DNA of 64,000 bases from a virus, in IMG/VR virus record IMGVR_UViG_3300022562_001814, positions 96,001-160,000 of that record. One strand, written 5' to 3'. The translations under genes and the position numbers were made by a program. Below the pieces are notes generated by a model. It worked only from the letters and a program-made list of their open reading frames with translations, was not told where the DNA came from and searched no databases. This document shows, piece by piece, positions 40,640-50,110 of this stretch. Each line of letters starts with the position of its first letter. The first letter of the stretch is position 1.

Positions 40640-41968
40640 ATGGATGATTTAAATAAAGAAAATAAAACCGAAGAAAATGTATCAGCTGTTGATGTTGATA
40701 ATGATAAATTAGCACAATTAAAAGCAAAATTAGAAGCAAAAAAAGAACAAGAGATGCCAAAAAGTAAAATAATTGAGAAAGTACGCTCCATAAATTTTGG
40801 AGTTGTTGGTAGTGGACAATGTGGTAGTAGATTAGCAGAATCATTTTATAAATTGGGATATGATGCTGTTGCTATAAATACTGCACAACAAGATTTAAAA
40901 TTTATAGATTTGCCAGAAAGTAATAAGCTTTTATTAAATTATGGTTTGGGTGGTGCAGCCAAGTCTTTAGAAATTGGTCGTGATGCAGCAGAAACACATA
41001 AAGAACAAATTGCAGAATTAGTAAATAATCAATTGGCTGATTCACAAATTTTTATATTTTGCACAAGTTTGGGTGGTGGTTCTGGAGCCGGATCAACCGA
41101 AACTATTATTGATATTTTAGCAAATATTGGTAAGCCTATTTTGGTTATTACTGTTTTGCCAATGGATGCTGAAGATGTGCAGGCTAAACACAATGCATTG
41201 CAAACTTTAGAAAAATTACTTAAAGAAGTAAAAGCCAAGCGTATTCATAATTTGGTTTGTGTGGATAATGCAAAAATAGAAACAATTTATCGAGACGTTG
41301 GGCAAATGAACTTTTTCCATGTGGCGAATAGTGCAATTGTTGATCCGTTAAATGTATTTAATTGTCAAAGCGCAAGACCGAGCCCTTCTAAAAGCCTCGA
41401 TCCCATGGAATTAAGTAAGCTATTAATTGACGGTGAGGGATTAACGGTATACGGTACTTTTAATGTTGATAATTATCAAGAAGATACTGCCTTAGCTGAA
41501 GCCGTAATCAATAATTTAAATTCTAATTTGCTCGCCGGAGGATTTGATATTAAACAATCTAAATATGTTGGATTTATGTTATGTGCTTCAAAAGAAGTAT
41601 GGAATAAAATACCGGCATCTAGTATTAATTATGCAAACGCTATGATCGCTGATCAATGTGGTAGTCCATTGGGAATTTTCCGTGGTATTTATGAAATTGA
41701 TACCAATGAAGATTGTGTTAAAGTATATTCTATGTTTAGCGGATTAGGGTTACCTACTATGCGCGTAGAACAGTTAACCAAAGAAACAAAAGAACATATG
41801 AATGTTGTGAAAAATAAAGATGCACAACGTAATTTATCTTTAAATCTTGATTTAGGTAAAGATCAGGTTGTTTCTGACGCGCAAAAAGTAAAAGAAAAAA
41901 TAGCACAAAAATCTTCTGCATTTGGTAAATTCTTAAATCAAAACGTTGTAGATAGAAGAAAATCATAG
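40640..41968 (+). CDS. Tubulin/FtsZ-family GTPase
   Basis: GSGQCGSRLA, AINTAQQDL, GLGGAAK, signature LGGGSGAG, VDN, T7-like LDPMEL. Start moved to the ATG at 40640, after GAGG. Confidence 0.9.
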   Translation: MDDLNKENKTEENVSAVDVDNDKLAQLKAKLEAKKEQEMPKSKIIEKVRSINFGVVGSGQCGSRLAESFYKLGYDAVAINTAQQDLKFIDLPESNKLLLNYGLGGAAKSLEIGRDAAETHKEQIAELVNNQLADSQIFIFCTSLGGGSGAGSTETIIDILANIGKPILVITVLPMDAEDVQAKHNALQTLEKLLKEVKAKRIHNLVCVDNAKIETIYRDVGQMNFFHVANSAIVDPLNVFNCQSARPSPSKSLDPMELSKLLIDGEGLTVYGTFNVDNYQEDTALAEAVINNLNSNLLAGGFDIKQSKYVGFMLCASKEVWNKIPASSINYANAMIADQCGSPLGIFRGIYEIDTNEDCVKVYSMFSGLGLPTMRVEQLTKETKEHMNVVKNKDAQRNLSLNLDLGKDQVVSDAQKVKEKIAQKSSAFGKFLNQNVVDRRKS

Positions 41969-41975
41969 GATCAAA

Positions 41976-42677
41976 ATGTTAGTACGAGTCCCCACTATTA
42001 AAACCAATTTCACAGTGAATGATTTTGTAAGAACATTAATAGGTGCTTGGAATAAATTATATAATAGCTTTCCGAATAAACAGCAAATAGCCGTTTTATA
42101 TTCTCAATGGGGGGTAGAGACTGGTATTGGCAAATATTGCTGGAATAATAATATTTCCAATATCAAGGCTGTTGATACGCCCGGTGTTGTTATTGAATAT
42201 TGCGTTTTAAATGGTGCTTGGGAAATTATTAATGGTAAAAAAGTTTTTCTTAAACCAGAAAACCCTGGCTCTTGGTTTCGTTCTTTTCGTAAACTAGAAG
42301 ATGGTATGGAATTCTATCTTAACTTTTTAAGAAACAAACGTTATAAAATTGCCTGGACTGCAGTTGAACAAGGGGATTATCGCTTATTTGCTAAATTATT
42401 AAGGCAACAAGGATATTACACAGCATCAGAAGCAGCTTATGCTAATGCTATGAGTTATCATTTTAATAAATTCATGAAAGATAATATTTTTGAAAATGAA
42501 CTCTTAATAGCTGTAAATGAAATTAGTTTTCCAAGTGATTGGGAACCGGTAAATTTTGATGTCAAAGAGAATGTTTTTACTAAGCCAGATAATCCTGTCT
42601 TACCAAATCCACCAGCCCCTAAACAAAGTATTTTTGATGTAGCTTTTTCTAAAATAAGAAAGATAATTAATAAATAA
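41976..42677 (+). CDS. Peptidoglycan hydrolase, GH73/FlgJ-like (probable endolysin)
   Basis: SQWGVETG (catalytic E), NNNISNIKA, FRSFRKLEDGMEFYLNFL, RY, GYYTA. Confidence 0.75.
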   Translation: MLVRVPTIKTNFTVNDFVRTLIGAWNKLYNSFPNKQQIAVLYSQWGVETGIGKYCWNNNISNIKAVDTPGVVIEYCVLNGAWEIINGKKVFLKPENPGSWFRSFRKLEDGMEFYLNFLRNKRYKIAWTAVEQGDYRLFAKLLRQQGYYTASEAAYANAMSYHFNKFMKDNIFENELLIAVNEISFPSDWEPVNFDVKENVFTKPDNPVLPNPPAPKQSIFDVAFSKIRKIINK

Positions 42678-43135
42678 TGTTATTTAAAGTAAGTTGTGAA
42701 ACTCAGGTAATTAAATATATTTCTTTTTGTATTTCTAATGAAGATATTATTACCGGTCAAGTGGCAAACAAAATCTCAGATGAGATACAAAAACGTGATA
42801 TTTTAGATTTAAAACATCTTTCATCATATTGTTATAATTGGCAAGATTCCAGAAATTGTGCTATTGAATGTTTTGCAAGTTTTAATCGTAAATATATTGT
42901 ATTTAAAGAAATACTTTCTAAAAAAAGATTAGAAGAAATTAAAAGATATAAAAACCAAGCCGCCGCCATTAATACTTCTAGCGTTTTTGATGGATATTTT
43001 TCAACCCCATTATCTACTAATGCTTCTACGGCTTCTACAGCTTCTACAGCTTATTATACTTATACCTATACGCTCAGTAACAATTATTTTTCTGACGGCT
43101 ATTATAATATAATTGGCAATACTATTCGAAGGTAA
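42677..43135 (+). CDS. Hypothetical protein (N-terminus similar to the next ORF)
   Basis: MLFKV...YISFC, a low-complexity AST repeat and two DGY motifs. Confidence 0.55.
   Translation: MLFKVSCETQVIKYISFCISNEDIITGQVANKISDEIQKRDILDLKHLSSYCYNWQDSRNCAIECFASFNRKYIVFKEILSKKRLEEIKRYKNQAAAINTSSVFDGYFSTPLSTNASTASTASTAYYTYTYTLSNNYFSDGYYNIIGNTIRR
43022..43051 (+). repeat. 9-nt coding tandem repeat (GCTTCTACR) x3, encoding AST
   Basis: gcttctacg gcttctaca gcttctaca gct. Confidence 0.8.
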
Positions 43136-43137
43136 AA

Positions 43138-43779
43138 ATGATTTTTAAAGTTAATAGCAAGTCAATAGCAATTAAAGATCAAAATACATATATTTCAGTT
43201 TGTGCAAATAAATTATACGATCACGATATTACTAATATTATTTATAAAAATTTATTTGATAAAAAAATAATTGAAATACCACGTCATATTTTTTCTTGTG
43301 AGGTTTTTGCCCAACCCCCATTTGTTATTAAGTGTTATTTTTATAAATCTGGAAAAAATAAATCTATTTGTAAATTACACGAATTAACTTCTAAAACATA
43401 TTCTATATTTAATTCAATTCCTATCGATTCATATGTTTTACCAAATATTAAAAAAACAATAAGAATCGGTAGTTGGGTAGATGCTTTAGAAGATCCTTGG
43501 GATAACTCTTTTTCTACTAATATTAGATTAACATATAGACCTGTAGATAATAATATATTTGCTAATATGAATCCAAATATAGAAAATGAAATTGTGCAAT
43601 CTGCTACCGTTAATATAGCTGAAGAAATAGATCAGCAAATGTTAGATGAGTTAAATTATATAGTTGATGCACCAGTAGAAGTTCAGCCAGAAGTTCAGCC
43701 AGAAGTTCAGGAAGTTCAGCCAGAAAATGGAATAACGCATTTCATTAATTTTCAATTTCCTAGAACTCAACAAATATGA
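43138..43779 (+). CDS. Hypothetical protein with a gp23-major-capsid-like helix fragment
   Basis: MIFKV...YISVC, then IENEIVQSATVNIAEEIDQQMLDEL and EVQP repeats. Confidence 0.55.
   Translation: MIFKVNSKSIAIKDQNTYISVCANKLYDHDITNIIYKNLFDKKIIEIPRHIFSCEVFAQPPFVIKCYFYKSGKNKSICKLHELTSKTYSIFNSIPIDSYVLPNIKKTIRIGSWVDALEDPWDNSFSTNIRLTYRPVDNNIFANMNPNIENEIVQSATVNIAEEIDQQMLDELNYIVDAPVEVQPEVQPEVQEVQPENGITHFINFQFPRTQQI
43678..43725 (+). repeat. 12-nt coding tandem repeat (GAAGTTCAGCCA), about 4 copies, encoding EVQP
   Basis: gaagttcagcca gaagttcagcca gaagttcag gaagttcagcca gaa. Confidence 0.8.
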
Positions 43780-45239
43780 ATCAATTAATTATACAAAATA
43801 ATAAAATTTGTAATATTAAATTGCCGGATAATCCCGAATGTTTAATTGAATTAAAACATTTGCTCTCGTTTAAAATGATTGGGGTAGAATATACGCAGGC
43901 TTTTAAAAACGGATGGGATGGATTTACTTATCTTTTAGATAAAAAGGGTAATTTTCCATTAGGTCTTTTATCAAAAGTAAAAGATTTTCTAACTGATAGA
44001 AATATTAATTTTACTATTATAGATAAAAGAGTTAAATTACAAATTAATCCAGAAATAGATATTTCTCAAAATTTAAAATTAATTAATAAGGAACCGAGAG
44101 ATTATCAACAGGCTATAGTTGATGCGGCTGTTGTAAATCAAAAAGGTATTATTAGAGCATGTACCGGTTCAGGAAAGACGCTCGCGGCCGCCCTAATAAC
44201 CGCAAAATTAAATAAACCGACTATTATTTACGTTATCGGGCTAGATTTACTTCAACAATTTCATCAAACATTTTCTGAAATCTTTAAACAACCAATTGGA
44301 TTTATTGGAAATGGTGTATGTGATATTCAAAATATTAATATCGTAAGTATTTGGACAGTAGGTAAAGCTTTAGATATTAAATTTAAAATGTTTGATGAAG
44401 ATGAAATAGAAAAAGAAAAATTCGATATTGTTAATAAATTTAAAATTCAACAACTACTTAAAAAAACCGAATTACATATATTTGATGAATGCCATATTGC
44501 CGCTTGTGATACTATAAAAGAAATTTATAAACATATAGATCCTATACATATTTATGGTATGAGCGGTACTCCTTACAGAGATGATGGTTCGGATTTACTA
44601 ATTAATGGTATGCTTGGAGAACAAATTATAAATGTTACTGCATCAGATTTAATTGAAAGAAAAATACTCTCTCAACCAATTATTAAATTTATAAATGTTC
44701 CAGCAATTCCGGTATATTCTAGAACTTATGCAGAGGTGTATAATGAATACATTGTTGAAAATGATGTAAGAAATCATTTAATTATACAAGAGTCTAAAAA
44801 TTTGCTTGAAAAAGGTTATCAAGTTTTAGTATTATTTAGACATATTAAACATGGTAAAAATTTATATAAATTATTTAAAGAAAATAAAATAAAATGTGAA
44901 ATATTGCATGGGGCACACGATTTAGAATATCGTACAGAAATTAAAAATCGACTTTTAGCAAAAGATATAGATTTAATTTTAGCATCTACTGTATATGATA
45001 TTGGTATTGATATAGGCAGCTTGAATGGTTTAGTGTTAGCTGGTAGTGGCAAAAGTAGTATTAAAGCACTTCAACGTATAGGTCGGGTCATTCGAGGTTA
45101 TCCTGGTAAAAATTTTTCAGCAATTGTAGATTTTGTAGATAATGTGAGATTTCTTAAAAAACATTCAGAAGCTAGATATAAAGTATATGCTTCAGAAAAA
45201 GGTTTCATAGTCAAATGGCCAAAACAAAGTTACATGTAG
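43776..45239 (+). CDS. Superfamily 2 helicase (UvsW/XPB-like DExH)
   Basis: PRDYQ, CTGSGKT, DECH, MSGTP, YDIGIDI, QRIGRVIR. Confidence 0.9.
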   Translation: MNQLIIQNNKICNIKLPDNPECLIELKHLLSFKMIGVEYTQAFKNGWDGFTYLLDKKGNFPLGLLSKVKDFLTDRNINFTIIDKRVKLQINPEIDISQNLKLINKEPRDYQQAIVDAAVVNQKGIIRACTGSGKTLAAALITAKLNKPTIIYVIGLDLLQQFHQTFSEIFKQPIGFIGNGVCDIQNINIVSIWTVGKALDIKFKMFDEDEIEKEKFDIVNKFKIQQLLKKTELHIFDECHIAACDTIKEIYKHIDPIHIYGMSGTPYRDDGSDLLINGMLGEQIINVTASDLIERKILSQPIIKFINVPAIPVYSRTYAEVYNEYIVENDVRNHLIIQESKNLLEKGYQVLVLFRHIKHGKNLYKLFKENKIKCEILHGAHDLEYRTEIKNRLLAKDIDLILASTVYDIGIDIGSLNGLVLAGSGKSSIKALQRIGRVIRGYPGKNFSAIVDFVDNVRFLKKHSEARYKVYASEKGFIVKWPKQSYM

Positions 45240-45802
45240 ATAAAGATCCTCTTTTAACTGACAATGTTTCCGAACATTATAAAAAATTTTTTAATAAATT
45301 TGAAGAAATAAATAGTTTACCGATAACAGAATGGAAAGTTGTTCATTTACTCGGTTATTTATGTGCTAAATACGAAGCATATTATAATTTAAAATATTCT
45401 TTTAAATTTAACAATCCAGCTCCATCAAAATCATATGAAGTGTATCAGATTAAAAAATTATCTAATATGCTTAGTTCTGATCCCACAATATTAAAACAAT
45501 ATTTGGACTGGGTATTCGATAAAAAAATTATAGAAAAAAATAAAAGAATCACTTCATTAGGGTATTTTACCCATTTAGATATAATAAATGAATTTAAATT
45601 TAAATTTTTATTTAACAAAAAAACAATTATTAGAACTGATAATCTACCAGATTCGATTATTAATATATGTTCTAAATATGGAGTTAGTATATCAAATTAC
45701 GCGGAGTTAGCTTTCGTAAAAAAAATGCCAGACAAATCGGATTTAATTAATGAAATTAAAGATACTGGATTTGATTTAAATATTTTGGATAAAATAGCAT
45801 GA
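45215..45802 (+). CDS. Hypothetical protein (replication cluster)
   Basis: ORF overlapping the helicase stop, upstream of the loader and helicase genes. Confidence 0.6.
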   Translation: MAKTKLHVDKDPLLTDNVSEHYKKFFNKFEEINSLPITEWKVVHLLGYLCAKYEAYYNLKYSFKFNNPAPSKSYEVYQIKKLSNMLSSDPTILKQYLDWVFDKKIIEKNKRITSLGYFTHLDIINEFKFKFLFNKKTIIRTDNLPDSIINICSKYGVSISNYAELAFVKKMPDKSDLINEIKDTGFDLNILDKIA

Positions 45803-46314
45803 ACCCCGAAAAAGGACAAAAAGTACAAGTTAGATTTAATAATGGTATTTATTTTGATGCCATAGTAGAAGAGTGGACTGACAATAAATCCAAATTAATT
45901 CTTATGGACGGAGAACAGGTAATTATTCAAAAAACTTTACAAGATGTTTTGTTAGTAAAAATTATTGAACAAACCAAAACCACTTTAGATTCTGAAGTAA
46001 AAAGTGAGATAAAACCAAAATTAGATAAACCAGTTTTAATAGATAAATTAGAAAAAATTAGAAATAATCTTAAAGACGAATTGGCTCTTAAAGAAATGGC
46101 AGAACTCAAAGATGAATTAAATAAAATAGAAAGACAAGAAACATTTAATTCAATGGATAAATTTAAAGATACTGGATTGAAAGAAGTACATTATGCTTTC
46201 CCAAGAAATATACAGATCGACAGCCCTACACAATATTCCAAGCAAAAAATTACACCAACAAATTCTGAATTTGATTCAGAGCTGCAAAGTTTGTTCAAGC
46301 AAAAACATAAATAA
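45799..46314 (+). CDS. Hypothetical protein (N-terminal SH3/Sm-like beta domain plus coiled coil)
   Basis: KGQKVQVRFNNGIYFDAIVEEW; ATGA overlap with the upstream stop. Confidence 0.55.
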   Translation: MNPEKGQKVQVRFNNGIYFDAIVEEWTDNKSKLILMDGEQVIIQKTLQDVLLVKIIEQTKTTLDSEVKSEIKPKLDKPVLIDKLEKIRNNLKDELALKEMAELKDELNKIERQETFNSMDKFKDTGLKEVHYAFPRNIQIDSPTQYSKQKITPTNSEFDSELQSLFKQKHK

Positions 46315-47050
46315 TATAAAAGATGTGCCTAATAATGGATTATGTTCTTATTGTTCGATAAAAATATCATTATTTCATGAATACTATAATGCTAATATTC
46401 CTGTTAATTATTGGAATTTGAAAATGCCAATAAATCTTGCGTTAGAAAAATTAGATAATAAATCTCAACGTATTTTGGCAATAGAAACAATTAGAAAAAT
46501 ATCTAAACTACCAAATTATGAGCCTATAGAATCATTGCTTAATCATAAGTTAATGGAAATTGATAAAATTTATGTAGAAAGTATTGGTAACGTGAAAAAT
46601 TCATATAATAATGGTTTATCATATTGTTTGGCCGGACCTCATGGTACTGGAAAAACACTGTCTGTTACAAGTATTTTAAAAAGCATTATACAGCAGAAAT
46701 TTACAGGATTATATACCACGCTAAGTGATGTTGTAAATGTTTTAACCACCGCTACAAGTGAAGATAAATTTTTAGCTAGAAAAGAATTGTTGGAAATTGA
46801 TTTTCTTATTATAGATGAATTCGATTCTAGATTTATCGGCACAGAGAACGCAGCCGATTTATTTGGAAGGACTCTTGAAAATATTTTAAGAACTAGATTG
46901 CAAAATAAATTACCAATCATTCTTGTAAGCAATAGTCCAAATCCCATTGAAACATTTCATGGTCCTCTAAAACAAAGTTTAGAAAGTTTGATGAACCAGG
47001 TGCCTTTAAAAGTTGTTATAGGACAAGACTATCGAAAACAATTGGTTTAA
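46193..47050 (+). CDS. DnaC/IstB-like AAA+ helicase loader with N-terminal zinc finger
   Basis: CKVC...CSYC, Walker A GPHGTGKT, Walker B FLIIDE, RTRLQNKLPIILVSN, GQDYR; directly upstream of DnaB. Confidence 0.85.
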   Translation: MLSQEIYRSTALHNIPSKKLHQQILNLIQSCKVCSSKNINNIKDVPNNGLCSYCSIKISLFHEYYNANIPVNYWNLKMPINLALEKLDNKSQRILAIETIRKISKLPNYEPIESLLNHKLMEIDKIYVESIGNVKNSYNNGLSYCLAGPHGTGKTLSVTSILKSIIQQKFTGLYTTLSDVVNVLTTATSEDKFLARKELLEIDFLIIDEFDSRFIGTENAADLFGRTLENILRTRLQNKLPIILVSNSPNPIETFHGPLKQSLESLMNQVPLKVVIGQDYRKQLV

Positions 47051-47106
47051 ACCAAAGTTGTCTATATTAAAATTATCCTTATTATAATGATACGCGGGAA
47101 GAATAT

Positions 47107-48495
47107 ATGACTTATCAAGAATTAGATTTAATAATACTTAAACATATTTTATTTAATAAAAAAAATGCTTTAGAATTCATTCATGATTGTAATGAAAAAA
47201 TTTTTGTTCCAGATATTTGGAGATTTGCTAAAATTATTCTTGATTATGTTCGCATTTATAAAGAAATTCCCACCAGAAAAGTAATTAATGAAAGAAATAA
47301 AAAAAATGAAACTTTAATTAATTATATTAATCAGATTTGGGATGATTTAGATAAAATAAATATAGATGAAAAAGAATATAAACACGATTTAGAAAAAATT
47401 AAAAACAGGTTTGTAGAAAAATTAATTTATGATTTAAGAGAGCATTTAGTTGAAGAAGACGGTAGGGTTAACTTAACGAAAAGTATTAGTGAATTAAATT
47501 CTACAGTAAATCATATTAAAGGTATTAATCAAATTAAAGCCTATGAACAAAAAACTTTAAAAGAATCTTTGGAAGATTTTAAAAATAGATACGTGGCTAA
47601 GATGCATGATCCTAATTTAGGCGTCGGGCTTAAAACAGGATATGGGTTTCTTGATTTTGTTATGGGCGGACTCAGAAAACAAGAGCTTTTACTTATTGGT
47701 GCTGAAACGGGGATTGGTAAAAGCCTTTTAATGATGAACATAGGTCTCAATATGTGGTTAGGAGAAAATGAATTAACTACTACAGAAGATTTTAAGCCAG
47801 GATGTGATATTTTATATTTTTCATTAGAAATGCCTCATGCTGATATGTTAGAAAGAGTATTAGCTTGTATTGCTAAGGTACCACAAACCGCAATTCGTGA
47901 TGCTACTTTAACTAAAGAACAAGCACAACAATTAAAAGAAGCCTTGCAATTTATTGATAAATATCCACACGATTTTACAATAGTAGACATTCCACGGGGA
48001 GCTACTATGGAAAGTATCGAATTAATATTTAATGATATTGTGGCAACCAAAAATAAAAAACCACAAGTTATAATAATTGATTATTTAGCACTATTATCAC
48101 ATGATCAAAAGGACGTTGCCGATTGGTTACAATTAAATTATTTAAGTGAAGCTTTTCACGAAATGATCAGAACACACGATGTTGCTGGCATAACAGCTAC
48201 TCAATTAAATAGACCGGCAGCCAATAAAGGTGGTTCAGACCAAACCGGTCTTCATAGATTGAGCCGTTCAGCTTTGCAGGCAGCAAATTCTAATTTTGTA
48301 CTCTTAATTGATAAACGTCCAAATGAACAAGAATTGCCAAATATGCAGTTACATTTAGTAAAATCAAGACGTACGCCACTTGTAAGTGGTACGATTTATA
48401 AACAGCTTTCCTGTTGCGCATTGCTTAATAGTCCTACGGAAGAACATATGGAAAGTTGTGTTGATATATCTGAATCAGAAGTAGAAAATTTATAG
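47107..48495 (+). CDS. dnaB: DnaB-like replicative helicase
   Basis: GLKTGYGFLDFVMGGL, GAETGIGKS, YFSLEM, IIIDYLALL, TATQLNR, LVKSR. Confidence 0.9.
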   Translation: MTYQELDLIILKHILFNKKNALEFIHDCNEKIFVPDIWRFAKIILDYVRIYKEIPTRKVINERNKKNETLINYINQIWDDLDKINIDEKEYKHDLEKIKNRFVEKLIYDLREHLVEEDGRVNLTKSISELNSTVNHIKGINQIKAYEQKTLKESLEDFKNRYVAKMHDPNLGVGLKTGYGFLDFVMGGLRKQELLLIGAETGIGKSLLMMNIGLNMWLGENELTTTEDFKPGCDILYFSLEMPHADMLERVLACIAKVPQTAIRDATLTKEQAQQLKEALQFIDKYPHDFTIVDIPRGATMESIELIFNDIVATKNKKPQVIIIDYLALLSHDQKDVADWLQLNYLSEAFHEMIRTHDVAGITATQLNRPAANKGGSDQTGLHRLSRSALQAANSNFVLLIDKRPNEQELPNMQLHLVKSRRTPLVSGTIYKQLSCCALLNSPTEEHMESCVDISESEVENL

Positions 48496-48670
48496 AAGAA
48501 AAGGTTTTGAAAAATTAGCATAACTTATCCAAAACAATAATGAGATAAAAGTGGTAGTAAATAAATATAGTGAAGTTTATGGTAATGGTTTTATAGTTTA
48601 ATTAGATTGTGGCAATGAGGTTGCTTCTATCCTCAAGAATACCAAATAGATTATGTAATTAGAGCGGTAT

Positions 48671-48847
48671 ATGTCGGTTTTACAAGATAAACAATGTATT
48701 GATTGCAAAGAGATTAAAACTTTGAGTGATTTTGAATTGCGTCAGGAATTTAGGGATTGTTGGGCGCTGTCTAATTTACGGCCTTATTCTGCAAAACAAA
48801 ATCAACTTGACGGTGCAACAAAATTAAGACATAAAAAGGGAAAATAA
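48671..48847 (+). pseudogene. Internally deleted HNH endonuclease gene (58 codons, N- and C-termini fused in frame)
   Basis: Translates to MSVLQDKQCIDCKEIKTLSDFELRQ joined to EFRDCWALSNLRPYSAKQNQLDGATKLRHKKGK. The two halves match the first CxxC and the last ~30 aa of the three intact paralogs. Confidence 0.8.
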
Positions 48848-49155
48848 TGCCATCATATGAGTATTTGTGTGAAGTTGTAAATGAAGAATTTGAGGCGGAA
48901 CACTCAATTAAAATTGTTTTAGATGAATGTTTGCTTTGCAAAACGGCAGGTCGCTCCCCACATGTGCCTAAACGTTTGATCTCGGGCGGTTCGGGTAAAG
49001 GGATCGTAGAGAAATCTTTTAATGAAATGAAAGAATCATTCGCTAGCGATGTAGCAAAAATGAGAAAAGATGTCCTTGGTTCGGAAAAAAAATTGGCGAA
49101 CGTCATAGGAGAGTCCAAATATCATAATAACGAATTATCTAGAACAAGAAGATGA
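48847..49155 (+). CDS. FmdB-family zinc-ribbon protein
   Basis: MPSYEYLC...FEAEHSI...CLLC...KRLIS. Confidence 0.75.
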   Translation: MPSYEYLCEVVNEEFEAEHSIKIVLDECLLCKTAGRSPHVPKRLISGGSGKGIVEKSFNEMKESFASDVAKMRKDVLGSEKKLANVIGESKYHNNELSRTRR

Positions 49156-49164
49156 GAGGAAGAT

Positions 49165-49392
49165 ATGTCAAATCAAAATTCACAAGATCAACTTATTAAT
49201 TTTGCCGTGAAAGAATTACATAAAGTGCTTAATGATCTTAAGCAAGGTAAAGAGCCAAACATGTCTCCTGCCATCCAAAAACTTTCTTTAGAATTAGAAA
49301 CAGCAAAAGAAAAAAAAGCAAAAATGTCCGAATCAGAAATTAAAGAATGGGCGGAACGTATTGTTAAAGAAGTTTCTAATTTAGGAGAATAA
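49165..49392 (+). CDS. Hypothetical protein
   Basis: GAGAGGA SD; helical 75-aa ORF. Confidence 0.6.
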   Translation: MSNQNSQDQLINFAVKELHKVLNDLKQGKEPNMSPAIQKLSLELETAKEKKAKMSESEIKEWAERIVKEVSNLGE

Positions 49393-49393
49393 A

Positions 49394-49686
49394 ATGAATA
49401 TTAATTTATCTGAAAATATTATTTTATTATTAAATAATATTAAACATAAAACAATTCATTCTAAACAAAAAGATTTATGTAATATAAAAGTATGTCAAGT
49501 ATGGATATTTTAAAAAATGGAATTAATATTACTGATTCACCTTACGAATTAGCCGGATGATTAGCATCAAGAAAATGGGAACATTTATATTTTGATGAAA
49601 ACAGTCAAAGTTGGGTAGTTATACCTTTGGGTAGTTATACTATTACGAAAATAACAGAAGAACAGGTCAATGAATTATTAAAATAA
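49394..49686 (+). pseudogene. Probable degraded ORF (frameshift plus internal TGA at 49558)
   Basis: Good SD and ATG at 49394 but an early stop. The overlapping frame reads MSSMDILKNG...YELAG*LASRKWEHLYF...NELLK. Confidence 0.4.
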
Positions 49687-49696
49687 GAGATATAAA

Positions 49697-49885
49697 ATGC
49701 CACTATACGAATATATGTGTCCAAAACATAATGAATTTGAAGTTCAACAATCTATTAAAGACGACCCTCTAGAATTTTGTCCTCAATGTAAAGAAGAAGG
49801 AGCAGACACTCCAGTTAAAAAATTAATTTCACAATCTTCTTTCGTCTTAATGGGTGGCGGTTGGGCTGCTGATAATTATAAATGA
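49697..49885 (+). CDS. FmdB-family zinc-ribbon protein
   Basis: MPLYEYMC...FEVQQSIKDDPLEFCPQC...KKLISQSSFVLMGGGWAADNY. Confidence 0.85.
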   Translation: MPLYEYMCPKHNEFEVQQSIKDDPLEFCPQCKEEGADTPVKKLISQSSFVLMGGGWAADNYK

Positions 49886-50040
49886 TAGACCCTAATAAAT
49901 CAGATAAAACAAAAAAAATGCAACAAATTATTAAGTTGCTTAAATTTTTGTTAACTCTAGATGATATGGAGATCATTAAAAATACTTTAGAATCTGTAAT
50001 TGAAATTTTAGAAGAAGAAAATAATAATAACGAATCATAG
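49882..50040 (+). CDS. Small hypothetical protein (52 aa, below the ORF track cutoff)
   Basis: MIDPNKSDKTKKMQQIIKLLKFLLTLDDMEIIKNTLESVIEILEEENNNNES; ATGA overlap with the upstream stop. Confidence 0.55.
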   Translation: MIDPNKSDKTKKMQQIIKLLKFLLTLDDMEIIKNTLESVIEILEEENNNNES

Positions 50041-50110
50041 CAATAGTGAAGCATATTTTTACTACAAAAGAAATATTAAGTTGTGCCGTTTAAAAATAAA
50101 GGGTTAACGC

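Noticed and set aside
47058-47088. Host sigma-70 promoter TTGTCT-N19-TATAAT upstream of dnaB
   Set aside because: The 19-nt spacer is too long, and such matches arise easily in AT-rich DNA.
48496-48670. Possible ncRNA or origin after dnaB
   Set aside because: No iterons or stable structure seen. It reads more like a decayed ORF with stops, too weak to call.
49492-49686. In-frame TGA (AG*LASRKW) as evidence of stop-codon reassignment
   Set aside because: TGA, TAG and TAA all end genes normally elsewhere (e.g. ATGA overlaps at 43776, 45799, 51786), and long ORFs are intact in code 11. A local nonsense mutation is simpler.
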